A stretch of DNA of 64,000 bases from a virus (IMGVR_UViG_3300017911_001818:1-64000), one strand, 5' to 3'. Positions 38,361-48,754 are shown, counted from the first letter of the stretch. The notes: generated from the sequence alone by a model not told the origin. Program-made: numbers and translations.

Positions 38361-39125
38361 ATGAAGAATGCTATATTTCAATATTATCTTAATTTTAATG
38401 GAGTTGGTAAGCAAGGCGCTCATTATCCAACAGAAGGTAAACCTGAATGGGTTGAGCGTTCTGTGCAATATTTTAAAGAATACGCTAAAAAGCATGGCGC
38501 AGAATATTTTTTCTTTGAAGATCGTTATGTTAATGCAACGTCAAATTTTTTTGAAATTTTAAGGCTGTATAAAGATCCTATCTTCGATAAATTTGATAAT
38601 GTATTGTATCTAGATGTTGATGTCATGCCAAAAAATATGGATGCTAATATTTTTGATATTCATTTTGGAGATGTAGCTGGATGGCCAGAATGGCGTGCGC
38701 CTGAAATCGCTGTTTCGATAAACTGGAATGCAAATCATCAGATAGCTAGTAGGTTTGCTGACTTTGGTGCACCTGTTGTGCCTTCGAAATCAGCTCCTAC
38801 TAATCTTCGCATGATAAACTCTGGGGTTATGCTTTGGAAAAAGCGAGCTAGAATAAAAGCCAGAGAATCGTTTGACGATCATGAAAAATGGTTTCATCAT
38901 AAAAATGCGCTACTTGATTCAAAATGGACTAGCGCAGGACATAGTTCCCACTGTCTTGATCAGCCATTCCTTAATGCCATGTTTAATAAAAATAATTTTA
39001 AAGTAACTGAGCTGGGTATGGAATGGAATAGATTCCCAACAAAAAAAGAAAGTTTTCCTTGTAACTTTGCACATTATGTTGGGGATTACAGATACAATAT
39101 TCCAAAGATGTTTGAGGAATTATAA
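38361..39125 (+). CDS. GT-A glycosyltransferase
   Basis: YLDVDV, INSGVML, DQPFLN, FAHY. Confidence 0.75.
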   Translation: MKNAIFQYYLNFNGVGKQGAHYPTEGKPEWVERSVQYFKEYAKKHGAEYFFFEDRYVNATSNFFEILRLYKDPIFDKFDNVLYLDVDVMPKNMDANIFDIHFGDVAGWPEWRAPEIAVSINWNANHQIASRFADFGAPVVPSKSAPTNLRMINSGVMLWKKRARIKARESFDDHEKWFHHKNALLDSKWTSAGHSSHCLDQPFLNAMFNKNNFKVTELGMEWNRFPTKKESFPCNFAHYVGDYRYNIPKMFEEL

Positions 39126-39865
39126 TGAAAGTTGCAGTTTGCGTCTCGGGCTTGCCAAGAAGCAGTATCAGGGAGGATGTTAGACCTAATATTGAACGGC
39201 TCGAAGAAAATTTCCCTGATGCCGATTTTTATTTTAGCACATGGTTAAGTCAAAAAGAGTATATTAGTAAATATTTTCCTGATAAAACAGTAGCATTTTT
39301 TCCTGAGCCAAAAGTTGATTATCATCCTTTCGTTGATGCAGATATTGACTTTCATGAAGTTACCCCCAAGCTTGAAAAGACTATTAATCAAGCGAAGCAA
39401 AACAAAGTATTTCGAGAAACTTCTTCTCATCAAACGAAACAAATTTTAGCTCATGCATGTGCAGTTGATTATATTACATCTGATTATGATATTATAATTA
39501 GAGCACGTTGGGATACATGGACAGCTAAAAACGCCAAGAAACATTTTAATAATTTTGCTAAAATAGCCGCAGCGATGAATTGTGCAGTAGGCTTTGGCAC
39601 TTTAAAAGAACACTGGAGTATGTTTAATCAACCCTTTAATATTTCTGATAACGAGGGGTATCATTATAATTTTCTTTTTGATCAATTAATTATTCATCCA
39701 AAGAAAATATTTAATACTGATAATGTATGGAAGCTACATAAAGAAAAACTACTTCTCGCTGCAGAGTTTGGCTGGTGGCAAGTTCTTTCTAAAAATAATA
39801 ATCATATTTCTATATCCGGATTAGCCAACCCAGATAGAAGTGTATCTCCAGAGTTTTTAATTTAA
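39125..39865 (+). CDS. Glycan-cluster hypothetical protein
   Basis: KVAVCVSG, QTKQIL, EFGWWQVLS shared with 35448. Confidence 0.6.
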   Translation: MKVAVCVSGLPRSSIREDVRPNIERLEENFPDADFYFSTWLSQKEYISKYFPDKTVAFFPEPKVDYHPFVDADIDFHEVTPKLEKTINQAKQNKVFRETSSHQTKQILAHACAVDYITSDYDIIIRARWDTWTAKNAKKHFNNFAKIAAAMNCAVGFGTLKEHWSMFNQPFNISDNEGYHYNFLFDQLIIHPKKIFNTDNVWKLHKEKLLLAAEFGWWQVLSKNNNHISISGLANPDRSVSPEFLI

Positions 39866-40560
39866 TGAAGACTTGCATTTTTCAATATTGGATTGGTGAA
39901 GAACCTCAGTGGGTCAAAATCAGCAAGAGAAAGTTTAAAGAATATGCTGATGCTGTTGGCGCAGATTATATCTTTTCAAATCAACTAAAATACTGTGATA
40001 ACTCTTACTTCGAAAATCTAAGAGTATTACATGATCCATTATTTTCTAAGTACGATAGAGTATTATATGTTGATGTTGATGTAATACCAGAAAATTTTAA
40101 CAATATTTTTGATGAGGAAATTAGAGATATTGGATTAATTCCAGAATACAGGCCAAAGGGTATGAATGCTGATCCATTTTTTGGATTGACAAAAGTCGAA
40201 ATTCAATATAAACTAGCTGCATCATATTTTAAAGTTCCTGTTCACACCCCGAAGACAGTAAAAGCTTCATATTTAATGTTTAACAGTGGTGTTATTCTTT
40301 GGTCAAAAGAAGGAATACAAAAGGCTGCTAAACATTTTATGAACTGGGAAAGATGGCATTATAAACTTGAAGGTAACATGTCTTTAGATCAGCCATATAT
40401 AAATGGTCAGGTTCAGAAACATTTAGATTATACAGAGCTAGAATTAAAATGGAACTGCTATCCTAAATTTAGATTTTATGAAGGTAAAGAGCCTAAAGAA
40501 ATGAACTTCGTTCATTACACTGGCGGTAAGAAAAAATACATAGAGGAATATTATGAGTGA
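39865..40560 (+). CDS. GT-A glycosyltransferase
   Basis: YVDVDV, FNSGVIL, DQPYIN, FVHY. Confidence 0.75.
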   Translation: MKTCIFQYWIGEEPQWVKISKRKFKEYADAVGADYIFSNQLKYCDNSYFENLRVLHDPLFSKYDRVLYVDVDVIPENFNNIFDEEIRDIGLIPEYRPKGMNADPFFGLTKVEIQYKLAASYFKVPVHTPKTVKASYLMFNSGVILWSKEGIQKAAKHFMNWERWHYKLEGNMSLDQPYINGQVQKHLDYTELELKWNCYPKFRFYEGKEPKEMNFVHYTGGKKKYIEEYYE

Positions 40561-41134
40561 GTATACAAAAATTAATGTTGGTTGTGGTTGGGAAACTAGA
40601 GATGGCTGGTTAAACGTTGACAATACACAAAAACATCAACGAGTTAATTATCCAATCACGTTTATGGATGCAACTACAACTTGGCCTCATGAAGATAATA
40701 CATTTGAGTACGTATTAAGCGAGCATATGATTGAGCATATTCCAGCTAAAAAGGGACTAGCATTTCTAAAAGAAGCATTTAGATGTTTACAAAGTGGAGG
40801 CGTGATTCGAGTCTCTTGCCCTGAGCGTGGCTTTTTTGAGTCTCTACCTGGGAATGACGATCATCCGTTCGTCGTAAATTATTCTAGAAAAATTTTTAAC
40901 AGAGAGCCTTCTTTTGGCGTTTCCAAGCGCATTTCTGATAGGACTTTGTTTGAACAGGGGCATGTTTGGGTTCCAACAACACAGCAACTTATCGACCAAG
41001 TAGCCAAGGCAGGATTTGTTGATGTTAAAAGTGTTGAGTATGGTAAATCTGAACACGAGGCTTTTAATGGTATCGAAGTTAATGATGGTGTTCGTAATTG
41101 GGAGTCTGTGGTAGTTGAGGGAACTAAGCCATGA
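40553..41134 (+). CDS. SAM-dependent methyltransferase (type 11-like)
   Basis: NVGCG, EHMIEH, LQSGG. Confidence 0.8.
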   Translation: MSEYTKINVGCGWETRDGWLNVDNTQKHQRVNYPITFMDATTTWPHEDNTFEYVLSEHMIEHIPAKKGLAFLKEAFRCLQSGGVIRVSCPERGFFESLPGNDDHPFVVNYSRKIFNREPSFGVSKRISDRTLFEQGHVWVPTTQQLIDQVAKAGFVDVKSVEYGKSEHEAFNGIEVNDGVRNWESVVVEGTKP

Positions 41135-41772
41135 GTGAAATGAGAAAGCTTTTTGATAAATATAAATGTGACAAAGGTCACAAGCATGAATATGATATAG
41201 TTTATGAGCCTGATTTTGAAGCTCTAAAAGAACAACCAATTAATATCTTAGACATTGGCATATGGAAAGGTGCGTCAATGGAGGCTTGGTTGGATTACTT
41301 TCCAAACGCAACGGTTTATGGGATTGATATTTTTACAAGATTAAATCCAGAAGAAGTACCAGCTTTATCAAAAGATAGAACTAAATGGCTGCAGGGAGAT
41401 AGCACGTCTCCTAAGATTGTAAAAGAAATTAAGAAAGCTTGGGGTAATGTTAAATTCGATATTATAATTGATGATGGTAAGCATACACCAGAGGCAAATC
41501 AGCTTACATTTAGGCATACCTTTCCTTTCTTAAAAGAAGACGGTAGATATTATGTTGAAGATGTTTTTCCGTTTGATATTATGACTCAGAAAGAACTTCA
41601 GGATCCTTGGTTAAAAGCAAATCCTGATGAATACAATCTTTTTAAATACATGCAATTTTTAAATGAAATTTCTCCCTATAAAACTAAACATTTTGATGGT
41701 CGATATAAACACAGATCACCAACACACGTCGGGGTGTACCTTGACAGCTATATTATTAGAGTGAATCGATGA
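41131..41772 (+). CDS. SAM-dependent sugar O-methyltransferase-like
   Basis: DK..H.Y, LDIGI..G.S, IIDDGKH, YYVED. Confidence 0.75.
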   Translation: MSEMRKLFDKYKCDKGHKHEYDIVYEPDFEALKEQPINILDIGIWKGASMEAWLDYFPNATVYGIDIFTRLNPEEVPALSKDRTKWLQGDSTSPKIVKEIKKAWGNVKFDIIIDDGKHTPEANQLTFRHTFPFLKEDGRYYVEDVFPFDIMTQKELQDPWLKANPDEYNLFKYMQFLNEISPYKTKHFDGRYKHRSPTHVGVYLDSYIIRVNR

Positions 41773-42458
41773 AAGCGTATGTGATTGCACTTTTTAATGA
41801 TCAGTATAGTATAACCTGTGCTCGAAGGACTGTAGATACTGCTCGACATTTTAATCAAGACTTACATATCGAAATGGTGAAGGCTACTACTCCTGGAGAA
41901 ACTATTGATTGGGAGTACACTTACCCCTTACAGGGAGAGAAGAAAGAAGATCATGGTTTACACTTAGTGGGTTATCGTTCAGACAATCACAGAAAAATTA
42001 TGGCATGTGCTATTTCTCATCTTAAACTTTGGGACCTCTGTGTAGAAAAGAACGAGCCAATTATTATTCTCGAGCATGATGCTGTTTTTACTAGAAAATT
42101 TAAACTTTCTAGAATCTCTAACCATATCGAAGATGGCGATATTTGTATGATCAATGATCCACGTGGAGCTACTCGAAGAGGTCAGATGTATCATCAAAAC
42201 ATTATTAAATGGGATTATGGTATGCATATTGTTGATGGTGTAAACATGCCTGATGAAAAAAATCCAGACGGTCTCGCTGGAAATAGCGCATATGTAATTA
42301 CACCCTCAGCTGCAAAGAAAGCTGCAGAAATGCAAAGAGAGATTGGTCTTTGGCCGAATGATGCTTTGCTTTGTAAGCAGTTCTTCCCAAGAAAACTCAA
42401 GTCTTATTACCCCTATATAACTAGAGTAGAGCAAAAACGTTCAACAACAACGAGTTAA
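41769..42458 (+). CDS. Glycosyltransferase family 25-like
   Basis: CAISHLKLW, ILEHDA, AYVITP. Confidence 0.8.
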   Translation: MKAYVIALFNDQYSITCARRTVDTARHFNQDLHIEMVKATTPGETIDWEYTYPLQGEKKEDHGLHLVGYRSDNHRKIMACAISHLKLWDLCVEKNEPIIILEHDAVFTRKFKLSRISNHIEDGDICMINDPRGATRRGQMYHQNIIKWDYGMHIVDGVNMPDEKNPDGLAGNSAYVITPSAAKKAAEMQREIGLWPNDALLCKQFFPRKLKSYYPYITRVEQKRSTTTS

Positions 42459-42461
42459 ATT

Positions 42462-43112
42462 ATGATTGCCAAAGTGATTACCTTGATGAATACTCCACAA
42501 TCTGTCAAGGTTGCTAAAAGATGTGTTGAATCAGGTGCAGCAAATGGTGTGAATGTTGAGTATTTTAAAGCAATCACGCCTAAGAATGTAGATCAACTTG
42601 TATATGATCATGAAATCGATACTCGATTTTTTCGAGAAAAGTGGTCTAGATATAAAAATGCTTTGTCAGCATTTATGTCTCATTACAATTTATGGTTAGA
42701 ATGTTTTCGCCGTCAAGAAGATTACTTGATTCTTGAACATGATGCAGTTATAATTGATGATATTCCGACATTCCTTCGAGGCGATATTGTTAATTTAGGA
42801 AAGCCATCTTATGGCAAGTTTGATATTCCTAAAAAGCTTGGAGAGGGTCGACTTACTTCCAAGCCATTCTTACCTGGAGCGCATGGCTATTATATCACAC
42901 CAAAAGGCGCAAAAGATCTCATCGTTGAGGCAAAGCGAATGGCAAAACCTACAGACGTTTTCATTCGTAAAGAAAAGTTTGAGATAACTGAATATTACCC
43001 TTGGCCAGTAGAGGCACGTGATTCGTTTACAACGATTCAAAGAGAAGATGGCATTCAAGCTAAACATAATTTCCTGATAAAAGGTAAGATGGATATTATT
43101 AATGTTCGATAA
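42462..43112 (+). CDS. Glycosyltransferase family 25-like
   Basis: SHYNLW, ILEHDA, GYYITP. Confidence 0.8.
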   Translation: MIAKVITLMNTPQSVKVAKRCVESGAANGVNVEYFKAITPKNVDQLVYDHEIDTRFFREKWSRYKNALSAFMSHYNLWLECFRRQEDYLILEHDAVIIDDIPTFLRGDIVNLGKPSYGKFDIPKKLGEGRLTSKPFLPGAHGYYITPKGAKDLIVEAKRMAKPTDVFIRKEKFEITEYYPWPVEARDSFTTIQREDGIQAKHNFLIKGKMDIINVR

Positions 43113-43755
43113 AGCTTTCCTGACAGGCTGTGATGATAACACAGAATGGATGTTGAAGTGGTGGTTTACTGAATACTCAAAGTATAATACTACTCCAGTT
43201 ATCTTTGCTGACTTTGGTGTCAGTGAGGAGATTCGAGAATATGCTGAACAAAATTTCGCCAAGGTCATCACACTAACTGGACGAGAAGATAAAAACTGGT
43301 TCTTGAAACCAGAGGCTATGATTCGTGCATCAAAGTTCTCAAAGAAAACTTGTTGGATTGACACTGATTGTCAGGTTTTACGGAACATTTCAACGATTTT
43401 TAACTACTGTCAGGAAAATAAGCTGGGAATGGTTGAAGACTTACCCTGGTCAAAACGCAGAGGAGAGACATGGCATAACTCTGGAATCGTTTTATTCGAG
43501 GGCACGCCAAAAATCTTAAGAGATTGGAGAAATCAGATTAATGAAAGTCCGACTGTTGGAGATCAAGAGGTTTTACACTTAATGTTAAGAGGCGATCCTC
43601 TGAAGAAGCGAATATATATTGAAGACTTGCCTAATATTTACAACTGGCTACGTATTCAGCTTCTAGATGGTCAGGACTCTTCAAAGAAAAAGATTATTCA
43701 TTGGACAGGTTTTAAAGGTAAAGCGCAAATAAGAAAGATGATTGAAAATGCCTAG
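43102..43755 (+). CDS. GT-A glycosyltransferase
   Basis: WIDTD, NSGIV, GDQE, IIHW. Confidence 0.75.
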   Translation: MFDKAFLTGCDDNTEWMLKWWFTEYSKYNTTPVIFADFGVSEEIREYAEQNFAKVITLTGREDKNWFLKPEAMIRASKFSKKTCWIDTDCQVLRNISTIFNYCQENKLGMVEDLPWSKRRGETWHNSGIVLFEGTPKILRDWRNQINESPTVGDQEVLHLMLRGDPLKKRIYIEDLPNIYNWLRIQLLDGQDSSKKKIIHWTGFKGKAQIRKMIENA

Positions 43756-44356
43756 AGTTGCTCATGTTATTGGTAATGGTCATGCATCCAATCTTTACAC
43801 TCCTCAAAAAGGAATGAAGATTTGTTGTAACTTACCTCCTTTTGAAATTCCGAATATTGCTCTATCTTGTATGGTAGATTTTAAGATGATGAAAGCTCTT
43901 TATGAAGGATCATTAGAAAACCCATATACTTGGGTGTTAGGTATGCGTCCAAAGATGTATATGGAGAAATATAGCGACTTTAGATTAAAGCATATGGCAC
44001 AAGTAAAAGAGTTTTATACTACTTTGCCTAAATATGCAGGTAATGGCGGGCAAGGTTATACTAATTTTAATTGTGGGCACTTTGCTTTACACTATACATG
44101 TAATAAAATTCAGCCAGAGGAAGTGCATATCTGGGGGTTTGATTCATTAATGGACTTTGATATTCGTTCAAGAACAGATTTTTATCTTAACTCTGATAGA
44201 GGCGGAATGAATACACAACGACTGTCGCAGACATGGCGATCAATTACGCATGGCATTTTTAACGAGTTTAACAATATTCAGTTTATAGTCCATCATAAGC
44301 ACAGCAATATGAAAGTTGAGAGGCCAGATAACGTAGAGGTTATGGTGCATAAATGA
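43748..44356 (+). CDS. Glycan-cluster protein (sialyltransferase/Maf-like motifs)
   Basis: VIGNG, CN, IWGFD. Confidence 0.5.
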   Translation: MPRVAHVIGNGHASNLYTPQKGMKICCNLPPFEIPNIALSCMVDFKMMKALYEGSLENPYTWVLGMRPKMYMEKYSDFRLKHMAQVKEFYTTLPKYAGNGGQGYTNFNCGHFALHYTCNKIQPEEVHIWGFDSLMDFDIRSRTDFYLNSDRGGMNTQRLSQTWRSITHGIFNEFNNIQFIVHHKHSNMKVERPDNVEVMVHK

Positions 44357-45993
44357 AAATCTTAATTTTATATCCTAACATCCCAATGATGTTTACTCCA
44401 GCATTGAGCGTTGGGATATTTAATACTATTTGTAAACAAGAGGGCGCTGAAGTTAGTGTGTTTGAAACAACATACTATTCAGAGCAGTTCTCCAACAGGC
44501 ATGTCAGTTTGACTAGCACTGGTGCAAATAATGGCGGTAATGTAGAGGACTACATGGATATTAAAGATCCGAAGGATATGATTCCGGATCTGAAAGAAAA
44601 AGTTGACACATTTAAACCTGACTTAATTTTAATGTCCCTCGCCGAAGATACGTATCATCAAGGTATTGAATTATTAGAAGCAATTAAAGACAGAAATATT
44701 CCGAATATTGTTGGGGGTGTTTTCGCTAGAGATGCAAAACAAGTATTACTGAAGCATGATGTTATTGATCAAATTTGTCATCATGAAGGTGAATATGTAG
44801 TTCGTGATGCCATTCGTGCATTTAAAAACAATGAGTCTTTTGAAAATATTAAAGGCACGACATACAGGTATGCGGATCATGCGCATACTAATGAAGAACA
44901 GCCACTCTGTAATATTTCTGAGTATGCTCCAGATTATGATCTTTTTGAAGATTTTCGCTGGGCCAGACCTATGGGCGGCAGAATCTTTAAACGTGTAGTC
45001 GCACTCGAAACATATAGAGGTTGCCCATATAATTGTACTTATTGTAACTCGCCCTCTCAAAGAGCGTTTTCGAAAGAAAATAATCAAGGCAACTTCATGC
45101 GTAGAAAAACTGCAGATGTTGTCGAAAAAGAATTAGTTTCCATCTTGGAAAATCATAATCCGGAAATGATTATGATTATTGACGATTCTTTCTTGGCTAG
45201 ACCAAAGAAAGAGATCGAGTCTTTTTCAAACATGTGGTCGAAGTATAAAATTCCTTTTTGGATGAATACACGTGTCGAGAACTGCAGCCCTGAAGTTTTA
45301 GATATGATGAAGCACGCTGGCTGTTATCGTATGTCATTTGGCCTTGAGTCTGGCAATGAACAATATCGTAGAGATATACTTTCCAGAAATGTTAAACAAG
45401 AGGTATATCTTGAACATTTTGAATATATTAATGAGTCTAATATTCCATATGCATTGAATATTATCATTGGTATGCCATACGAAACTCCAGAAATGATTGA
45501 AGACTCTGCGAAGTTATCCCGTGAAGCAAGAGGATATGACGCTCTAACTATTTCTAAATTTATTCCATATCATGGCACAGGGCTAAGAACTATGGCAGTA
45601 AATGCTGGATTCCTAGATCCCAACTTTATTTCTGGTGGCGGTGGACTTCTCGGAGACTATGCTTTGAATATGCCTGAACCATATGTATCTCCAAAACAGG
45701 TTGATGACTACATTAAAATTTTCTCGCTATTAGCTTACTACCCAGACAGTATGTGGGATGAGGTGAAGGCATCTTTGCATGATGAAGAATTATATAAGAA
45801 ACTTGTTGATGATTATAAATCTTCATATTATACTGAATTTCAACAAGGCGGAAAAGATAGAATTAAAAGGCTTGACAAAAAGATTAAAGAAAAGTATAAT
45901 GAACCTTCTGGTATTAAAGCATGGTCAAAAGGCTGTGCTAAACACGATGAAAGTTCTTCATTTAGATTTGAGATTATGGCAGCGGCATCATGA
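44353..45993 (+). CDS. B12-binding radical SAM protein
   Basis: GG, EGE, RGCPYNCTYC, IDDSF, GLESG, IIGMPYET. Confidence 0.88.
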   Translation: MKILILYPNIPMMFTPALSVGIFNTICKQEGAEVSVFETTYYSEQFSNRHVSLTSTGANNGGNVEDYMDIKDPKDMIPDLKEKVDTFKPDLILMSLAEDTYHQGIELLEAIKDRNIPNIVGGVFARDAKQVLLKHDVIDQICHHEGEYVVRDAIRAFKNNESFENIKGTTYRYADHAHTNEEQPLCNISEYAPDYDLFEDFRWARPMGGRIFKRVVALETYRGCPYNCTYCNSPSQRAFSKENNQGNFMRRKTADVVEKELVSILENHNPEMIMIIDDSFLARPKKEIESFSNMWSKYKIPFWMNTRVENCSPEVLDMMKHAGCYRMSFGLESGNEQYRRDILSRNVKQEVYLEHFEYINESNIPYALNIIIGMPYETPEMIEDSAKLSREARGYDALTISKFIPYHGTGLRTMAVNAGFLDPNFISGGGGLLGDYALNMPEPYVSPKQVDDYIKIFSLLAYYPDSMWDEVKASLHDEELYKKLVDDYKSSYYTEFQQGGKDRIKRLDKKIKEKYNEPSGIKAWSKGCAKHDESSSFRFEIMAAAS

Positions 45994-46754
45994 CAACATA
46001 TTTAATTCCTTGTAGATTAGAAAGCACTCGTTACCCAAATAAACCTTTGCTGGATATTTGTGGACTTCCAATGTTTGCTCATGTATATTTTCGCACTCTG
46101 ATGGCAGTGGAAGATAATGATAACGTTTTCGTTTGCACACATAATTATGAAATTATGGAAGAATGCGAACGTTTGAATATTGAGTATATCGAGACTGATA
46201 GGCTCCCTGTGAATGGCACTGAGCGAATCGCACAAGCAGCAGATAAACTAGGATTATCTGGATCAGACATCGTAGTGAATGTGCAGGGAGATGATCCTAT
46301 GGTCGAACCTGAAGATTTAATCACACTCGCAAATTATCACAAGAATCGACCTGATGTGGACATCATGCTTCCGCATTTAAAAATGGACGAGCCGAGAACA
46401 GATTATCTAACTGGCCATATTGTGACTAATTCTTACGACAATATCTTATATATTTCTAGGAATCCGATTCCGTCAAACTTTAGAAAAAAGATCCCGTACA
46501 AGAAGACTTTGAGTATTCAGTCATTTAGAGCAGATGCTTTGTATGAGTTTGCAGCAGAGCCTGAAACTGAACTTGAAAAAATTGAAGGCATCGAGCATCT
46601 TCGAGCGATAGACATGGGGCTATGTATCGAGACTTTTGAATTAGGAGAAGAATACACTCCTGTCGACGTTCCAGAACAATATGAAATTGTTCGTAAAAAA
46701 ATGGTTGACGACCCATTATTTTTAGAGTATAGTCATCTTGTTATTAAAGAGTAA
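45990..46754 (+). CDS. kdsB: CMP-KDO synthetase-like cytidylyltransferase
   Basis: IPCRLESTRYPNKPL, GTERI, NVQGDDP, LEKIEGIEHLR. Confidence 0.82.
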   Translation: MTTYLIPCRLESTRYPNKPLLDICGLPMFAHVYFRTLMAVEDNDNVFVCTHNYEIMEECERLNIEYIETDRLPVNGTERIAQAADKLGLSGSDIVVNVQGDDPMVEPEDLITLANYHKNRPDVDIMLPHLKMDEPRTDYLTGHIVTNSYDNILYISRNPIPSNFRKKIPYKKTLSIQSFRADALYEFAAEPETELEKIEGIEHLRAIDMGLCIETFELGEEYTPVDVPEQYEIVRKKMVDDPLFLEYSHLVIKE

Positions 46755-46765
46755 GGACTAATCTA

Positions 46766-46969
46766 ATGAATGACTGGTATGCAGGCGAACGTCGTCTTTA
46801 CGAAAATCGCTCTACCGAAGAGCTCGCTGAAACTGCTCACATTATTGAGTTTGGTGGTGGCTCTGCCCATGCTCGACGTCAAGTTCGTCTTGAGGCTATT
46901 AAAGACATTCTTGCCGAGCGTGAGCAAGGTAACGCTGATATTATCGTCGAAGACAAAGGAGCGCAGTGA
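46766..46969 (+). CDS. Small hypothetical protein
   Basis: AAGGA RBS. Confidence 0.6.
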   Translation: MNDWYAGERRLYENRSTEELAETAHIIEFGGGSAHARRQVRLEAIKDILAEREQGNADIIVEDKGAQ

Positions 46970-47295
46970 TGCCACGTGGACGCCCAAAAGGTTCGAAGAA
47001 TAAACCCAAAAAATATGATGGGGGTATGACTCGTGCAGATGATATTGAATCAACAGAGAACCTCCAGTTTCAGAAAGGACGTATCGTCTGGTCAAACTAC
47101 AATGCCAAGAAGAAAGGATTGAGCGCAAGGATGTATGGATCCTTGAATAAGGATTGGAAGAAAGTCATCGAAGCTGATGGTGAAATGTCATTCGATGGTG
47201 TGCTTAAACTCACTCAGCCTAAAAATGGTAAACCTTACTATGAACTAAGGGATGGTCGACGCTTCGATGTGTTCGGCTGGCCATTAGATACCTAA
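46969..47295 (+). CDS. Basic protein with N-terminal AT-hook
   Basis: PRGRPKGSKNKP; AAGGAG RBS. Confidence 0.65.
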   Translation: MPRGRPKGSKNKPKKYDGGMTRADDIESTENLQFQKGRIVWSNYNAKKKGLSARMYGSLNKDWKKVIEADGEMSFDGVLKLTQPKNGKPYYELRDGRRFDVFGWPLDT

Positions 47296-47298
47296 AAC

Positions 47299-47363
47299 TT
47301 TACACGATAGTTGAAAAAAAGTTAAAAAAAGGGGTTGCTTTTGCGACCCTTTTTTATTATATT
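47299..47363 (+). promoter_or_regulatory. Early promoter cassette
   Basis: 18-bp motif plus TTGCTT-N17-TATATT within AAAGGGGTTGC/GCGACCCTTT inverted repeat. Confidence 0.75.
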
Positions 47364-47396
47364 ATATTCATGAGTTTGACATGAAAGGAAATCAAA

Positions 47397-48341
47397 ATGG
47401 CTCACGAAATTGAAATGGTAAACGGTGTTGCTCAGATGGCTTATGCTGGCGAGACTCCTTGGCATGGTCTGGGCACTGAAGTGTCTGACGACATTAGCAC
47501 TGACGGTATGATGAAAGCAGCTGGCCTTGACTGGTCTGTGACCAAGCAGCCTATGTACTACATGGATGATCTTGGTGAGATGGGTGAAGTTCCGGGCAAG
47601 ACTGCCCTGGTTCGCTCCTCTGATAACAAGGTCATGGACATTGTTGGTTCTGACTGGAACCCTGTACAGAACGTAGAAGCATTCGACTTCTTCCGTGAGT
47701 TTGTTGATGCTGGCGACATGCAGATGCATACCGCTGGTTCTCTTAAGGATGGCAAGATGGTCTGGGCTCTGGCTAAGGTCAACGATGGCTTCACTATCAA
47801 GACCGCACAGGGTGAAGACTCTGTTGAGTCCTACCTGCTGTTCTCTAACCCACACCAGTACGGTAAGTCTATCGACGTTCGGTTCACTCCGATCCGTGTA
47901 GTGTGTAACAACACTCTGACTCTCTCCCTGAACCAAAACGTAGATCAGTATGTACGTGTCGGTCACCAGCGTCCATTTAACGCTGAAGACGCTCATGCTG
48001 CTCTGGGTATGGCTCAGCAGAAGCTGGAGACCTACAAGGAAGCGGCTGAATACCTCTGCCAGAAGAACTACACCAAAGAGGACATGATTAACTACTTTAA
48101 TCAAGTCTTCCCTTCTGCTTCTGAGCGTGCTTCTAACAAGGCTCGTGAGGCTCAAGAGGTGATGCACACTCAAGCTGGTGCAAACCTCGGTGAAGGCACC
48201 TTCTGGCAGCTGTTTAACACTGTGACATACATGACTGATCACACTCTGGGTCGCAACAGCGATACTCGCCTTCAGTCTTCTTGGTATGGTTACAACCAGA
48301 ATGTGAAGAAGAAAGCTCTAGAACTTGCAGTCGCAGCATAG
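47397..48341 (+). CDS. DUF932 family protein
   Basis: PWHGLG, AGLDW, VQN.EAF.FF, TPIRVVCNNTL, GTFWQLFN. Confidence 0.85.
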   Translation: MAHEIEMVNGVAQMAYAGETPWHGLGTEVSDDISTDGMMKAAGLDWSVTKQPMYYMDDLGEMGEVPGKTALVRSSDNKVMDIVGSDWNPVQNVEAFDFFREFVDAGDMQMHTAGSLKDGKMVWALAKVNDGFTIKTAQGEDSVESYLLFSNPHQYGKSIDVRFTPIRVVCNNTLTLSLNQNVDQYVRVGHQRPFNAEDAHAALGMAQQKLETYKEAAEYLCQKNYTKEDMINYFNQVFPSASERASNKAREAQEVMHTQAGANLGEGTFWQLFNTVTYMTDHTLGRNSDTRLQSSWYGYNQNVKKKALELAVAA

Positions 48342-48350
48342 GAGATAAAA

Positions 48351-48617
48351 ATGGCTGATGCAAATATGATGAAAGACTTCCTCGATCGAGTACAAAAGGC
48401 TGTTGTTGACGTCCGCTTTGAAAAGGCGGACGGCACCCAGACTAACCGTAAGGTAACTCTTGATCCTAATTATATTCCAGAAGAACGTTCTGTTGATGAT
48501 CTTATGGAAAGCCTTGAGGTTATTATGGAGAAAGATTATATTCGAGTATACAGTGTCACAGATCAAGGATGGCGCACTATTAAACCAACAAAATTAATCT
48601 CATGGATTGGAGCATAA
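48351..48617 (+). CDS. SH3/WYL-like small protein
   Basis: FEKADGT.....TL and GWRT. Confidence 0.6.
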   Translation: MADANMMKDFLDRVQKAVVDVRFEKADGTQTNRKVTLDPNYIPEERSVDDLMESLEVIMEKDYIRVYSVTDQGWRTIKPTKLISWIGA

Positions 48618-48618
48618 G

Positions 48619-48747
48619 ATGCGACCTAATTATGACAGTGTACTTCGGTACTTTTTGCAGTTCATGGTATTGCCTGTAGGGGTAATGATGATGGCTCTTA
48701 TCTTTTCATTTATCACTGTAGCGTTTGGTCCTGAATGGTTGCAGTAG
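48619..48747 (+). CDS. Small membrane protein (not in ORF track)
   Basis: GGAG RBS; single hydrophobic helix. Confidence 0.55.
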   Translation: MRPNYDSVLRYFLQFMVLPVGVMMMALIFSFITVAFGPEWLQ

Positions 48748-48754
48748 ATAAAAG

